Under the pieces are notes generated by a model, which was not told where the DNA came from, ran no database searches, and worked only from the letters and a program-made list of their open reading frames with translations. Positions 28,344 to 37,812 of a DNA stretch of 64,000 nucleotides are shown in pieces. Location of the stretch: NCBI GenBank assembly GCA_963815865.1, contig CAWFIK010000003.1, positions 283,771 to 347,770 of the forward strand, in the 5' to 3' direction. The number at the start of each line of letters is the position of its first letter. The stretch's first letter is position 1. The position numbers and the translations under genes were made by a program. This DNA is from an uncultured Acidobacteriota bacterium. GTDB lineage: Bacteria; Acidobacteriota; Thermoanaerobaculia; UBA5066; Gp7-AA6.

Positions 28344-28403
28344 ATGTAGGGGAACTCTTGCGGCTCCCGCCCCTCGCCGTTCGAGCTGTCGCGTCGGGTC
28401 GAG

Positions 28404-29951
28404 TCAGTGGAGGTGGGCGGTGGGGTCGCCCGGGGGCAGGGCTGCAAAGGCGGGGTGGTCCGGGTTTCCTCGGGTCACGATCAACGCGTAGAGGAAGGGG
28501 CCGAAGCTCGTTCCCTTCCGGCCGTTGACCGCCACGATCGGCGTCCCGTCGGAGTCGAACAGGGCGGCGGCGGTGATGTCGTCTTCGAGCTTCAGGCCCG
28601 TCGCGGCGGAATCGATGCAGGCCGTCAGCGTGGCCCGAGGCATGAATGGCGCCGCGATCTCGAACACCTTCTCGCGCGTCAGGTCCTTCTGCGCGGCGAA
28701 GAGCGCGGCGGCAAACTCCTGCTCCTTGCCGGTCGGCTCCATGCAGATCCTCGATTTCGCGGCCACGCACCGGACGTCGTCCCCCTTCGCCTGGTGGACG
28801 AGGGAGTTGCAGCGTCCGTCGAGAGGAAACTGCCGCGCGTCCACGGAAAAGCTGCCAGGCGGCGAGCTCTCGCGCAGTGTCTGGAGGGTCTCCTGCAGCC
28901 CGGCGCAGTGCTCGCAGAGGATGTCGGTGAACTCGGTGATCCGCACCGGCGCCAGGTCCGATCCCGCGAGGGCGCGCGGCGGCGGGAGGCGCTGAGGCTG
29001 GGCCGCCCGGTAGATGGCCAGGGAGTCGGCGAGGGTCTGCTTGAGCGGCGGCTCGAGCGACGCGATCATGTTCGTGAGGATCTTGTCGGACTGCGGGTTG
29101 CCGGTGCCGGCCGGGGGGCGCGCGACGCTTCCGGACTGCGCGGCCGCCTCCGAGACGGCCCTCCGCCCCGCCTCCCCGCTCGATTTGGGCGTGTGCAGCC
29201 CTGGATAGAGAAGCAGCAGGAAGGCCGCGACGAACATGCCGCCGGCGATCATCACCCCGCGGGCGGCGCGCGGGAATCCCGCGGGACGCCACTGCAGGAG
29301 GGAGATGAAGCCGTAGGCCGCGACGATCAGGTACGTCACGGCGCATCCGGGGCAGAACGCGCCCGCGATCGCGCTCTCGGCGATCATCAACGCGACCGCC
29401 AGGATTCCCGAGAGCCCGACGAAACGCACCGCGCTCACGAATGGGCTGACGCTCTTCCCTTCCGCGCGGCGCAGCAGCGCGGCGAGCGGAAGGAGGAGAG
29501 CCGCAACGCTCCAGGCCAGGCCCCAGCCGGCGATCGGAAGCCCCGTGGCTCCGTGAATCGCCGCGGCGAACCCCCCGTTCCAGACCGCCTCGCAGTCGAA
29601 GCTGCCGCCGAACCCGCAGAAGGAGCTCCCTCCCGAGCGCACCAGCACGAGCTCCGACCAGAGGAAGAGGGACCAGAGCGCCGACAGAATTCCGAGCAGG
29701 CACAACTTCGCGAGGCTCCGCGGCGTGATCACCGCCCCCAGATCCGCCGGCGCCGGCGGGCGCTCCTCTGGCGCTGACACTTCAGCTTCACGCCGTTCTT
29801 TCCTGGCCACGCCGGGATTCTGACATGCGCCGACCGAGAAGCCCGCGGGAGGGAAACGCTCGTCCTCATTGCCGCCGAGGAACCGAGAGGCCGCCGTTTC
29901 GTTTCTGCCCGTCCCCATCGCGAGAACGTGGCAAACCAGTCTTCCCGGCAA
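28404..29951 (-). CDS. Vitamin K epoxide reductase (VKOR) domain fused to a C-terminal thioredoxin/DsbA-like domain
   Basis: Polytopic N-terminal half with paired Cys (FCGFGGSFDCEAV; CPGCAVTY) typical of VKOR. C-terminal half has FTDILCEHCAGL (CxxC thioredoxin fold). N-terminal start uncertain: the first about 80 aa are low-complexity. Confidence 0.7.
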   Translation of the reverse strand: MPGRLVCHVLAMGTGRNETAASRFLGGNEDERFPPAGFSVGACQNPGVARKERREAEVSAPEERPPAPADLGAVITPRSLAKLCLLGILSALWSLFLWSELVLVRSGGSSFCGFGGSFDCEAVWNGGFAAAIHGATGLPIAGWGLAWSVAALLLPLAALLRRAEGKSVSPFVSAVRFVGLSGILAVALMIAESAIAGAFCPGCAVTYLIVAAYGFISLLQWRPAGFPRAARGVMIAGGMFVAAFLLLLYPGLHTPKSSGEAGRRAVSEAAAQSGSVARPPAGTGNPQSDKILTNMIASLEPPLKQTLADSLAIYRAAQPQRLPPPRALAGSDLAPVRITEFTDILCEHCAGLQETLQTLRESSPPGSFSVDARQFPLDGRCNSLVHQAKGDDVRCVAAKSRICMEPTGKEQEFAAALFAAQKDLTREKVFEIAAPFMPRATLTACIDSAATGLKLEDDITAAALFDSDGTPIVAVNGRKGTSFGPFLYALIVTRGNPDHPAFAALPPGDPTAHLH

Positions 29952-30034
29952 CCACTCGTTGGGCCGGAGGTCCGTTTTTGAAACCTTCCATTCGGGCGCG
30001 GGTTTCTAAGGACTGAGATCGGCCCCCAAACCGC

Positions 30035-30063
30035 TTGACGAATCTTCTAAGAATAGTTAGATT
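30035..30063 (+). promoter_or_regulatory. Putative sigma70-type promoter for the Lrp-family gene (TTGACG-17 nt-TAGATT)
   Basis: cTTGACGaatcttctaagaatagtTAGATTttgcgaATG. This is a locally AT-rich island in a 70% GC genome, ending 6 nt before ATG 30070 (leaderless-like). Confidence 0.35.
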
Positions 30064-30069
30064 TTGCGA

Positions 30070-30564
30070 ATGATCAACGGTACTGATAGGCAAATACTGA
30101 ATATTCTGCAGGAAAATGCTCGAACTTCCAATGCCGAGATCGCGCGGCAGGTGGGGTTGGCGCCTTCAGCGGTGTTCGAGCGGGTCCGGAAGCTCGAAGA
30201 GAGAGGCGTCATTCGCGGCTATCGGGCGGAGATCGATCCGAAGGTCCTCGGGCTGGCGCAACTCGCGTTCACGTTCGTGCGGTCGAACGACCGGCCGGGC
30301 GGAGTCGTGACGGGGGAGAAGCTCGCCGAGATTCCGGAGATCCTCGAGGTGCATCACGTCGCCGGAGAGGACTGCTTCCTCATCAAGGCCCGCGCCCGCG
30401 ACGCGGAGGCCCTGGGACGGCTTCTGCGCGAGCGACTCGGCGCGATCGCCACGATCAGCTCGACGCGGACGACGATCGTCCTCGAGACCGTGAAGGAGAC
30501 AGCGGCGTTGCCGCTCGCCGGCGCCGAAACGGAGACCGATGACGAAGAGGCGGCGAATGCCTGA
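30070..30564 (+). CDS. Lrp/AsnC family transcriptional regulator
   Basis: MINGTDRQILNILQENARTSNAEIARQVGLAPSAVFERVRKLEERGVI (HTH_AsnC) plus a C-terminal RAM domain. An alternative TTG start at 30064 is possible. It is possibly leaderless, given the promoter-like TTGACG-17-TAGATT just upstream. Confidence 0.8.
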   Translation: MINGTDRQILNILQENARTSNAEIARQVGLAPSAVFERVRKLEERGVIRGYRAEIDPKVLGLAQLAFTFVRSNDRPGGVVTGEKLAEIPEILEVHHVAGEDCFLIKARARDAEALGRLLRERLGAIATISSTRTTIVLETVKETAALPLAGAETETDDEEAANA

Positions 30565-31504
30565 GGGTTCCACGGCGATCGCGCCCGGCCGGGCGAAGCT
30601 CGTCGCGGCGTTCGGGGCGGTGTACGTCCTGTGGGGCTCGACGTATCTCGCGATCCGGTTCGGCGTCGAGACGATTCCGCCGTTTCTGATGGCGGGGACG
30701 CGGCACCTGACCGCGGGGCTGATTCTCTTTCTCTGGACGCGGCTGCGCGGCGAGCCGCGTCCGGACAAGAGCCACTGGGCGACGGCCGTTTTCATCGGAG
30801 GGCTGATGCTTCTCGGCGGCAACGGTCTCGTGACGTGGGCGGAGCAGCGCGTGCCGTCGGGGCTCGCCGCGCTCATCGTGGCGTCGGTGCCGCTCTGGAT
30901 GGCGCTTCTGGACGGCGTGCACAAGAGGGTCCGGCCGCGCGCGCACGTGGTCGCCGGCCTCGTCATCGGCCTCGCGGGGATCCTCATGCTCGTCGCGCCG
31001 GGGCGCTTCGCTGGCAACGGGCGTGTGGACCTGCTCGGAGCGGGAGCGCTCCTGCTCGCGGCCTTGAGCTGGACGGCCGGATCTCTCTTCTCCCGCCACG
31101 CGCGGCTGCCCGAGTCGGTGCTGACCTCGACGGCGATGCAGATGATCGGCGGCGGCGTCCTCCTCTGGGTGACGGGTCTCGTCGTCGGCGAGGGGTCCCG
31201 GCTCGACCTCGCCGCCGTGTCGCAGCGCTCGATCCTCTCGCTCGGGTACCTGATCGTCTTCGGATCGTTGCTCGGCTTCTCGGCCTACGTCTGGCTCCTG
31301 AGGGCGACGACGCCGGCCCGGGTTTCGACCTACGCGTACGTCAATCCCGTCGTCGCGGTTTTCCTCGGATGGGCATTCGCTGGAGAGAGCGTGACGATTC
31401 GCGTCGCGCTCGCGACCATCGCGGTCGTCGCGTCCGTGGCGCTCATCATCCGTTACGGAGGGGCGCGAGCCAGGCAGGATCACCGGAAGGAGGCGGCGGC
31501 ATGA
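30557..31504 (+). CDS. EamA/DMT-superfamily transporter (10-TM drug/metabolite exporter)
   Basis: Two EamA repeats (…VYVLWGSTYLAIRF…, …LLAALSWTAGSLFSRH…). Overlaps the Lrp gene end. An alternative ATG at 30539. Confidence 0.8.
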   Translation: MPEGSTAIAPGRAKLVAAFGAVYVLWGSTYLAIRFGVETIPPFLMAGTRHLTAGLILFLWTRLRGEPRPDKSHWATAVFIGGLMLLGGNGLVTWAEQRVPSGLAALIVASVPLWMALLDGVHKRVRPRAHVVAGLVIGLAGILMLVAPGRFAGNGRVDLLGAGALLLAALSWTAGSLFSRHARLPESVLTSTAMQMIGGGVLLWVTGLVVGEGSRLDLAAVSQRSILSLGYLIVFGSLLGFSAYVWLLRATTPARVSTYAYVNPVVAVFLGWAFAGESVTIRVALATIAVVASVALIIRYGGARARQDHRKEAAA

Positions 31505-32016
31505 GGAAGAGAAGAGCGGCGCGGCGAGGCGGCGAGATCGCCGTGTTCCTCCACGCGCTCGACGAGGCCTATGAAGGGAACGCGTGGCACGGGACCACGC
31601 TCAAGGGCTCGCTTCGCGCCGTGACGGCGAAGGAGGCGGCATGGCGCCCGGCTCCGGGCCGGCACAACATCCGGGAGCTCGCCGTTCACGCGGCGTACTG
31701 GAAATATCGCGCGCGCCGGAGGCTCAGTGGGGAAAAGCGCGGTTCCTTTCCGATCGAAGGCAACAACTGGTTCGAGCGCTCGGACGTGAGCGAGAAGGGG
31801 TGGCTCCTGGAGAAGGAGCTCCTCGAGGTCGAGCACCGCGCTCTGCGCCGGACAGTCGCGGGCCTGCCGCCCGCGCGCCTGACAGGCACGCTGCCGGGGA
31901 CGCGCAGCCGCACCGCCCGTCGGGAGATCGTAGGAGCCGCCCTGCACGACGTCTACCATACGGGTCAGATCCAGCTGTTGAAGGCCCTGCTCAAGAAACG
32001 GCGTCGCGTCCGCTGA
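31501..32016 (+). CDS. DinB/YfiT-like (DinB_2) metal-dependent hydrolase-like protein
   Basis: The 171-aa product is MRKRRAARRGGEIAVFLHALDEAYEGNAWHGTTLKGSL...HAAYWKY...HDVYHTGQIQLL, with conserved His of the DinB four-helix bundle. The ATG overlaps the EamA stop (ATGA). Confidence 0.65.
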   Translation: MRKRRAARRGGEIAVFLHALDEAYEGNAWHGTTLKGSLRAVTAKEAAWRPAPGRHNIRELAVHAAYWKYRARRRLSGEKRGSFPIEGNNWFERSDVSEKGWLLEKELLEVEHRALRRTVAGLPPARLTGTLPGTRSRTARREIVGAALHDVYHTGQIQLLKALLKKRRRVR

Positions 32017-32029
32017 AACAGGAGGAACG

Positions 32030-32560
32030 ATGGACCCGCAATATCCGGTCGGCCCGTTCGTCAGGCCACAGGAGCCCTTGAGCGCGGAGGACCGCGGCCG
32101 CTTCATCGCCGAGATCGCCGCCGCGCCGGCGAAGCTGCGCGAAGCGGTCGCCGGCCTGACGGCCGCGCAGCTCGACACTCCCTACCGCCCGGGAGGCTGG
32201 ACCGCGCGGCAGGTGGCGCATCACATCCCCGACAGCCACTTGAACGCCTACATACGCGTCAAGCTCGCCCTGACAGAAGACGCGCCGGCGCTCCGGGGCT
32301 ACGAGGAATCGGAGTGGGCGAAGCTTCCCGACACGGCGGCGACGCCGGTCGAAGTGTCCCTCGAGCTGCTCGAAGCGCTCCACACGCGGTGGGTGACGCT
32401 GCTGCGCTCCCTCGGCGAGAAGGACTTCCGCCGTCCGGCGCAACACCCATCGTGGGGAGCGATCACCGTGGACTTCCTTCTCGCGCAGTACGCATGGCAC
32501 GGCCGGCATCACGTCGCCCACATCACGTCGCTGCGGGAGAGGGAAGGGTGGACGGCTTGA
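32030..32560 (+). CDS. DinB/YfiT-like (DinB_2) family protein, second copy
   Basis: The 176-aa product is MDPQYPVGPFVRPQEPLSAEDRGRFIAEIAAAPAKLREAV...WTARQVAHHIPDSHLNAY...AWHGRHHVAHI, with His triad-like residues. Confidence 0.7.
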   Translation: MDPQYPVGPFVRPQEPLSAEDRGRFIAEIAAAPAKLREAVAGLTAAQLDTPYRPGGWTARQVAHHIPDSHLNAYIRVKLALTEDAPALRGYEESEWAKLPDTAATPVEVSLELLEALHTRWVTLLRSLGEKDFRRPAQHPSWGAITVDFLLAQYAWHGRHHVAHITSLREREGWTA

Positions 32561-33228
32561 GCCGGCGCCGGCTCATCGATCTCTCCCATCCGATCGAACC
32601 CGGGATGACGACCTACCCGGGCCTTCCCGGGCCCGCCGTCTCGGAATTCCTGTCACGCGAGGCCTCGCTCGGAAAGTACGCTCCCGGCACGAGCTTCTCG
32701 ATCGCGCGGATCGAGATGGTCGCCAACACCGGGACTTACGTGGATGCGCCGTACCACCGGTTCGCCGACGGGCCCGACGTCGGTGGCCTTCCTCTGGAGC
32801 GTCTGGCGGACCTGGACGGCGTCGTCGTCGACAAGCCTGCCGGACGCGCATTCGACGCCGACCTCATTGCCGGACGCAATCTGGAAGGCAAGGCCGTCCT
32901 GCTTCGCTCCGGATGGGATGTCCACTGGCGGACGCCGGCGTACGCCCACGGCCACCCCTACGTCACGCGCCGGGCTGCCGAGGCGCTCGTCGCGGCGCGG
33001 CCGGCCCTGGTGGGAATCGACTCGCTCAACATCGACGACACGGAGGACGGGACGCGGCCCGCGCACACGCTGCTCCTCGAGGCGGGCATCCCGATCGCCG
33101 AGCATCTCTGCAACCTCGCGGGCCTGCCGGCGGGAGGATTCCGTTTCCACTGCGTGCCGGCGCCGCTCCTCGGCGTGGGGAGCTTCCCGGTCCGGGCCTA
33201 CGCGGTCCTCGAGGAGAGCGCGCCATGA
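32548..33228 (+). CDS. Putative cyclase family protein (kynurenine formamidase-like fold)
   Basis: GTG start after GGGAGAGGGAAGG. The product (M)DGLSRRRLIDLSHPIEPGMTTYPGLPGP...NTGTYVDAPYH matches the cyclase HxGTHxDxPxH-type motif. Confidence 0.75.
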   Translation: MDGLSRRRLIDLSHPIEPGMTTYPGLPGPAVSEFLSREASLGKYAPGTSFSIARIEMVANTGTYVDAPYHRFADGPDVGGLPLERLADLDGVVVDKPAGRAFDADLIAGRNLEGKAVLLRSGWDVHWRTPAYAHGHPYVTRRAAEALVAARPALVGIDSLNIDDTEDGTRPAHTLLLEAGIPIAEHLCNLAGLPAGGFRFHCVPAPLLGVGSFPVRAYAVLEESAP

Positions 33229-33662
33229 GCTCGACGAAGCTCCTCGTGCTGTCGGTGATCGTGATCGTCGCGTCGAACGTCCTGTATCACGTCTCGCAGA
33301 AGTCGATCCCGGCCGGCGTGCATCCGCTCCTCTCGGTCGCGGTGACGTACGCGGCGGCGCTTCTCGTGACGCTCGCCCTGTGGCCCCTTTCCCCCGGCGG
33401 GGCTCCGAAGCTCTCCCAGGTCTCGAAGCTCAACTGGGCGACTATCGGCGTCGCGGTATCGGCCGTGGGGATCGAGATCGGGTTTCTTCTCGCCTATCGG
33501 GCGGGGTGGAACATCAACGTCGGTTCGCTGATGGTCAGCGTCGCGGTCGCGCTCCTGCTCATTCCGACGGGAGCGCTGCTCTTCCAGGAACACCTGTCCG
33601 CCGCGAACGTCCTCGGGATCGTGCTCTGCCTGGCGGGGCTCGTCCTCGTCATGCAACGCTGA
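33225..33662 (+). CDS. Small DMT/EamA-like 4-TM membrane protein
   Basis: The 145-aa product is MSSTKLLVLSVIVIVASNVLYHVSQKS...IVLCLAGLVLVMQR. The ATG overlaps the cyclase stop (ATGA). Confidence 0.65.
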   Translation: MSSTKLLVLSVIVIVASNVLYHVSQKSIPAGVHPLLSVAVTYAAALLVTLALWPLSPGGAPKLSQVSKLNWATIGVAVSAVGIEIGFLLAYRAGWNINVGSLMVSVAVALLLIPTGALLFQEHLSAANVLGIVLCLAGLVLVMQR

Positions 33663-33682
33663 CGAGAAAGGGGATCGTCAGC
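33658..33682. terminator. Candidate bidirectional hairpin between the convergent DMT and lipoprotein genes
   Basis: gctgacga-gaaagggga-tcgtcagc forms a perfect 8-bp stem in the 23-bp gap between the two stop codons. Confidence 0.35.
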
Positions 33683-33685
33683 GGC

Positions 33686-34189
33686 CTACAGGCACTTGAC
33701 GATGCGCCCGGCGGTTCCGAGAGTGAGCACGAACGGGCCGAACGTCTGACCGAGGTCGGTCTCCGTGACCGAGAAGGTCATCGTCTTCCCGTCCACGGCG
33801 CCGGTATAGCGCGCCGGGTGCGTGTTGGACTCCCCTGGGTGGACCGGACCGGGCGATTCCGGAGTGTGCGTCCCGACGAGATCGAATTTGCCGGACTGGT
33901 CCGTGACGAAGGGCTGATCGATCGTCCCGTGGGCGCAGTCGTAGGAGAGGATCGTGCTCGCGGCGCCGACCGTGATCGTCAGGTGAGTTCCTCCCCACGT
34001 CCCGATCATTCCGTTGGGCGGGAGCTCTCTCGACGCAAGCGGGCGAGTCGAGGGGCGGCCTGCGGCGGACGCCGTTTGGAGGGACGCGGAGCTCGCCTCC
34101 ATGGAAACCGGCTGCGTCGGGGACTTGTCGCTGCAGGCGAGCGGGAGTGCCGCGGCGGCGAACAGAGCGAAAAACTTGCGGACGGCCAT
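33686..34189 (-). CDS. Hypothetical lipoprotein
   Basis: MAVRKFFALFAAAALPLACSDKS (lipobox LAC) followed by a soluble domain about 140 aa long that I do not recognise. Confidence 0.5.
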   Translation of the reverse strand: MAVRKFFALFAAAALPLACSDKSPTQPVSMEASSASLQTASAAGRPSTRPLASRELPPNGMIGTWGGTHLTITVGAASTILSYDCAHGTIDQPFVTDQSGKFDLVGTHTPESPGPVHPGESNTHPARYTGAVDGKTMTFSVTETDLGQTFGPFVLTLGTAGRIVKCL

Positions 34190-34847
34190 AACAAACTCCG
34201 AGAGCATGAATGCTATCACACCCAGGTCAAGGCGACAGATGCATAGGTAGTGGGTCAGTTTGCTTGTGGCTTTCAATCCGCCCCGGCGTCGGGCCCGCGG
34301 CTGTCGGCCGCGGCGTTCGCTTCGCGAACAGGCGGCCGAGAGAGTTCAAACCGGGGCTTTGATCAGGACAACACGAGACCAGGGCGGAAAAAGGCCGTCG
34401 CTCTGACGCGAAAGCACAGTCATCGGGAGGCAATTCGGGATTCGTGGTGGCGTGCTTTCGCTCACGGCGCTCCTCCGGGAGGCGGCCCCGCCGCCGGGGC
34501 TCCACGGTGGCGGAGCCGAACTGCAAGCTCCCGTTTAGAACCTCTCGGCCGCTGGTCGCGTAGCGACCGCCGCGGCCGAAAGCCATGGGTGACGAGCATG
34601 GAACGCCACCGCCGGCACCACGGTGAGACTGCGAGGAGCTCTCAGCGCCCGCCGGTTCTCACCGACACGGCCTGCGGGCGCGTGCCCCGTAGGGAATGCC
34701 GCCGGCTCCGGGGCGTCCTTTTCGCTTGGATCGGCTCGATGTGCAAAGTGACCCAGTATTGACGCATACAATCGTGTCGGCCTTCACGGGATGTGGGTGA
34801 GAACGGCGATCGGCTGAGCACCTCGTCCCCCACGGGCTGCAAAGTCT

Positions 34848-36117
34848 ATGCACAGGGCAATCCTCCTGATCACCGCCGTTCTTCTCTTCACCGCGGCCGG
34901 GAGCCTTCCGCCCGCGGAGCGGCCGGAGGGCGTCACGGCCGTGCCCGAGATCACGCTCGTCCCGCTCGCGGCGGGGATCGGGCCGATCACCTCGATCGCG
35001 AATGCGGGGGACGCGCGCCTCTTCCTGACCGTCCAGACCGGGAAGATCCTGATCTTCCGCGGCGGGCAGGTCCAGCCGGGGGCGTTCCTGGATCTGGCGC
35101 CGCTCATCTCCTGCTGCGCCGAGCGCGGCCTCCTCGGCCTCGCGTTTTCATCCGCAATACGCCGCGAACCGTTTCTTCTTCGTGGACTACACCAACGCCG
35201 CCGGCGACACGGTCATCGCGCGCTATCAGGCCTCGGCCGGGAACGCCGACCTCGCCGATCCGGCGAGCGGCGTCATTCTGATGACGATCTCACAGCCTTT
35301 CAGCAATCACAATGGCGGGCAACTGCAGTTCGGACCGGACGGTTACCTCTACATCGGCATGGGAGACGGAGGCTCGGCCAACGATCCGCAGTGCAACGGG
35401 CAGCGCAGCGACTCCTTGCTCGGCAAACTCCTGAGGATCGATGTCAACCAGAACGCCGACACGCCTCCCTTCTTCGGGATCCCGCCGTCCAACCCATTCG
35501 CCGCGGCTGGCTCGCCCGCCGACAGGATCTGGGCCATGGGATTGCGCAACCCCTGGCGGTTCTCCTTCGACCGCGCGACCGGGGACCTCTACGTTGCCGA
35601 CGTCGGACAGAGCGCGCGCGAAGAGATCGACTTCCAGCAGCGCGCGAGCGTGGGAGGGGAAAATTACGGCTGGAAGATCATGGAGGGAACGCTCTGCGGC
35701 GCCGGCGGCAGCTCGGGATGTCCGGCCGGCGTGCCCCCCTGCAACTCTCCGGTCTTCAAGGCCCCGCTCTACGAGTACGGCCACGCGGGCAGCGGCGGCT
35801 GCACCGGAACGGTCATCGGCGGCTACGTTTACCGCGGTGCGCTGTATCCGGCGCTCGACGGCGTCTACCTCTACGGCGACTACTGTTTCGGATCGCTCTT
35901 CGGAGACGGTCAGACGCTCTCGCCGAACGTCCCGCAGTTGACGACGTTCGGCGAGGACGCGACGGGAGAGCTGTATCTCGGCACTGAGGACGGGAAGCTC
36001 TTCCGGATCGCCTCTCTGATCCCCCCGACGCCGACGCCAGGTCCGTCTCGGGCGACCCCCGCGCTGTCTCTTCCGCCGCGGCCGCCGCCCCGCGTCGTCA
36101 CGCGCCCGCCCGGGTAA
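34848..36117 (+). CDS. PQQ-dependent sugar (glucose/sorbosone) dehydrogenase, beta-propeller; one +1 frameshift at the TTTT run 35145-35148
   Basis: Signal peptide MHRAILLITAVLLFTAAGS. Frame 1 reaches LLGLAF, then the conserved continuation HPQYAANRFFFVDYTNAAGDTVIARY...HNGGQLQFGPDGYLYIGMGDGG...GLRNPWRFSFD lies in frame 2. An extra T in gcgTTTTcat explains the shift. Confidence 0.8.
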
Positions 36118-36129
36118 CGTCCGCGCCGG

Positions 36130-37812
36130 CTACTGCTGCGCGGCGCGCCGTCCCCACGCGAGAAAGGCCGCCGCGGAGAGGGCCGCGAGGAGAACGCCGT
36201 ATGCGGCGGCGGCGCCCGTGTCCTGCATCCGGAGCGAGGAGAGAATCTCGATGGAGATCGGGCGCGTCTCGAACGTGTAGAGGACGATCGAGACGACGAA
36301 GTCTCCGAGCGACGTCAGGAACGCGAGGGAAGCTCCGGCGAGGAGGGCGGGCGCGAGAAGCGGGATCGTGATCCGAACCAGCCGCCTCCAGCGACGCGCG
36401 CCGAGAGAGGCTCCCGCTTCGTCCAGAGAGCGGTCGAGCTGCCGGAGTCCGGCGAAGGCGGCGCGCCCGGTCAGCGGGAGATTCCGGACGAGGTAGCCGA
36501 GCGGCAGGATCGCTGCCGTGCCGACGAGCACGAAGCGTCCCGCCCAGGGAGCGTGGCGGGAGAACGTCGCCGCAAGCGCCACCGCGAAGACGGTCCCGGG
36601 GAGCGCCCACGGCACGGCGACGAGCGCTTCGAGCGCTCCGCGCCAGCGGGTTCGCCGCGCCACCGCGAGCCACGCCGCGAAGAACCCCAGCAGGAGCGCG
36701 ATCGCGGTCGAGACGACGGCCATCCAGAGTGAGTTGACGATCGGCCGCAGGCGCTCCGTCTGCGAGAAGACCGACGCCCAGTTGGTCAAGTTCAGGACCG
36801 GCGGCCACGCCTCGATCGTCCACGTCCCCGGCGGCACGAAGGAGACGAGCAGGAGCGTGGCGTGCGGGAGCAGAAGGAATGCCGCGAGCAGCCACGCGAG
36901 GAGAGCCACCAGCGTCCCGCGGCGCAGCCGGCGTCGCGAAGGGGGCGTGCCCCGGATCGCCCCGGCCACCTCGCGGCGTTTCTCCGCGCGCTGAAGGAAG
37001 TAGAGGCCGATGAGAGCGAGCGCCGCGAGCGTCGTCGTCTCGACCATCGCCATCTCGTTATCGCCGTTCAAGCGCGAGAAGACGATCTGCGTCGTCATGA
37101 CGCGAAACGTCCCGCCGAAGAGGTACGGCGCCGAAAAGGAGGAGAGGGAAGTCATGAACGTCAGCAGCGCGCCGCCGGCGAGCGCGGGCGCGAGCAACGG
37201 CAGGGTCACCCGGGCGAGGACGCGTCCCGGCCCCGCCCCGAGGGCCGCGGCCGCCTCGAGGTATGCGGCGTCCAGGCGGGCGAGCCCGGCGCGCGTGAAG
37301 AGATAGAAGTAGACGTACATCGAATAGGCGTGCACGAGCAGGACGGCGCCCGGGCCGGAGAGGCGCCAGGGCGGCTCCTTCGAGCCCGTCACCGCCTGGA
37401 GCGCGCGCGCGAAGAATCCGCTTTCTCCGTAGAGAAAGAGGAACGCGACGACGCCGACGAGCGGAGGGAGGACGACCGGCAGCGCGATCAAGGTTCCCAG
37501 CACGCGGCGCCCCGGGAAGTCCGCGCGCTCGAAGAGGAACGCGAGCGGGATGCCGATCGAGGCCGCGAGGACGACCGTGGCGAGCGAGATCCAGAGACTC
37601 GCCCAGAGCGCCTGCCACTCATCGGGCCGGCGAAAAAACTCCGCGAAGTAGCGCAGGCTCCACCCCGGCGCCGCGAGCGCTTCCCGAAACGTCAACAGAA
37701 GCGGATAACAAACCAGCCACGCAAGAAGTACGACGAGGAGTCCCGCCGCCAGACCTCCCTCTCCCCCCGGGAGAGGGCCGGGGTGAGGGCGAGACCGGCG
37801 CCAGGGCATCAA
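36130..37812 (-). CDS. ABC transporter permease with two fused permease domains (Fe(III)/thiamine FbpB-type)
   Basis: The 560-aa product has two EAA-like loops (EAAAALGAGPGRVLARVTLPLL; DEAGASLGARRWRRLVRITIPLL) and 12 predicted TM segments. Confidence 0.85.
   Translation of the reverse strand: MMPWRRSRPHPGPLPGGEGGLAAGLLVVLLAWLVCYPLLLTFREALAAPGWSLRYFAEFFRRPDEWQALWASLWISLATVVLAASIGIPLAFLFERADFPGRRVLGTLIALPVVLPPLVGVVAFLFLYGESGFFARALQAVTGSKEPPWRLSGPGAVLLVHAYSMYVYFYLFTRAGLARLDAAYLEAAAALGAGPGRVLARVTLPLLAPALAGGALLTFMTSLSSFSAPYLFGGTFRVMTTQIVFSRLNGDNEMAMVETTTLAALALIGLYFLQRAEKRREVAGAIRGTPPSRRRLRRGTLVALLAWLLAAFLLLPHATLLLVSFVPPGTWTIEAWPPVLNLTNWASVFSQTERLRPIVNSLWMAVVSTAIALLLGFFAAWLAVARRTRWRGALEALVAVPWALPGTVFAVALAATFSRHAPWAGRFVLVGTAAILPLGYLVRNLPLTGRAAFAGLRQLDRSLDEAGASLGARRWRRLVRITIPLLAPALLAGASLAFLTSLGDFVVSIVLYTFETRPISIEILSSLRMQDTGAAAAYGVLLAALSAAAFLAWGRRAAQQ

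Noticed and set aside
34190-34847. tRNA, tmRNA, RNase P or SRP RNA in the long intergenic gap
   Set aside because: I looked for T-loop GTTCRANYC plus acceptor pairing, and for the RNase P GGAAAGUCCGG, tmRNA and SRP AGGUCCGGAAGGAAGCAGC cores, on both strands. None were found. The region is left as an unassigned structured non-coding region.
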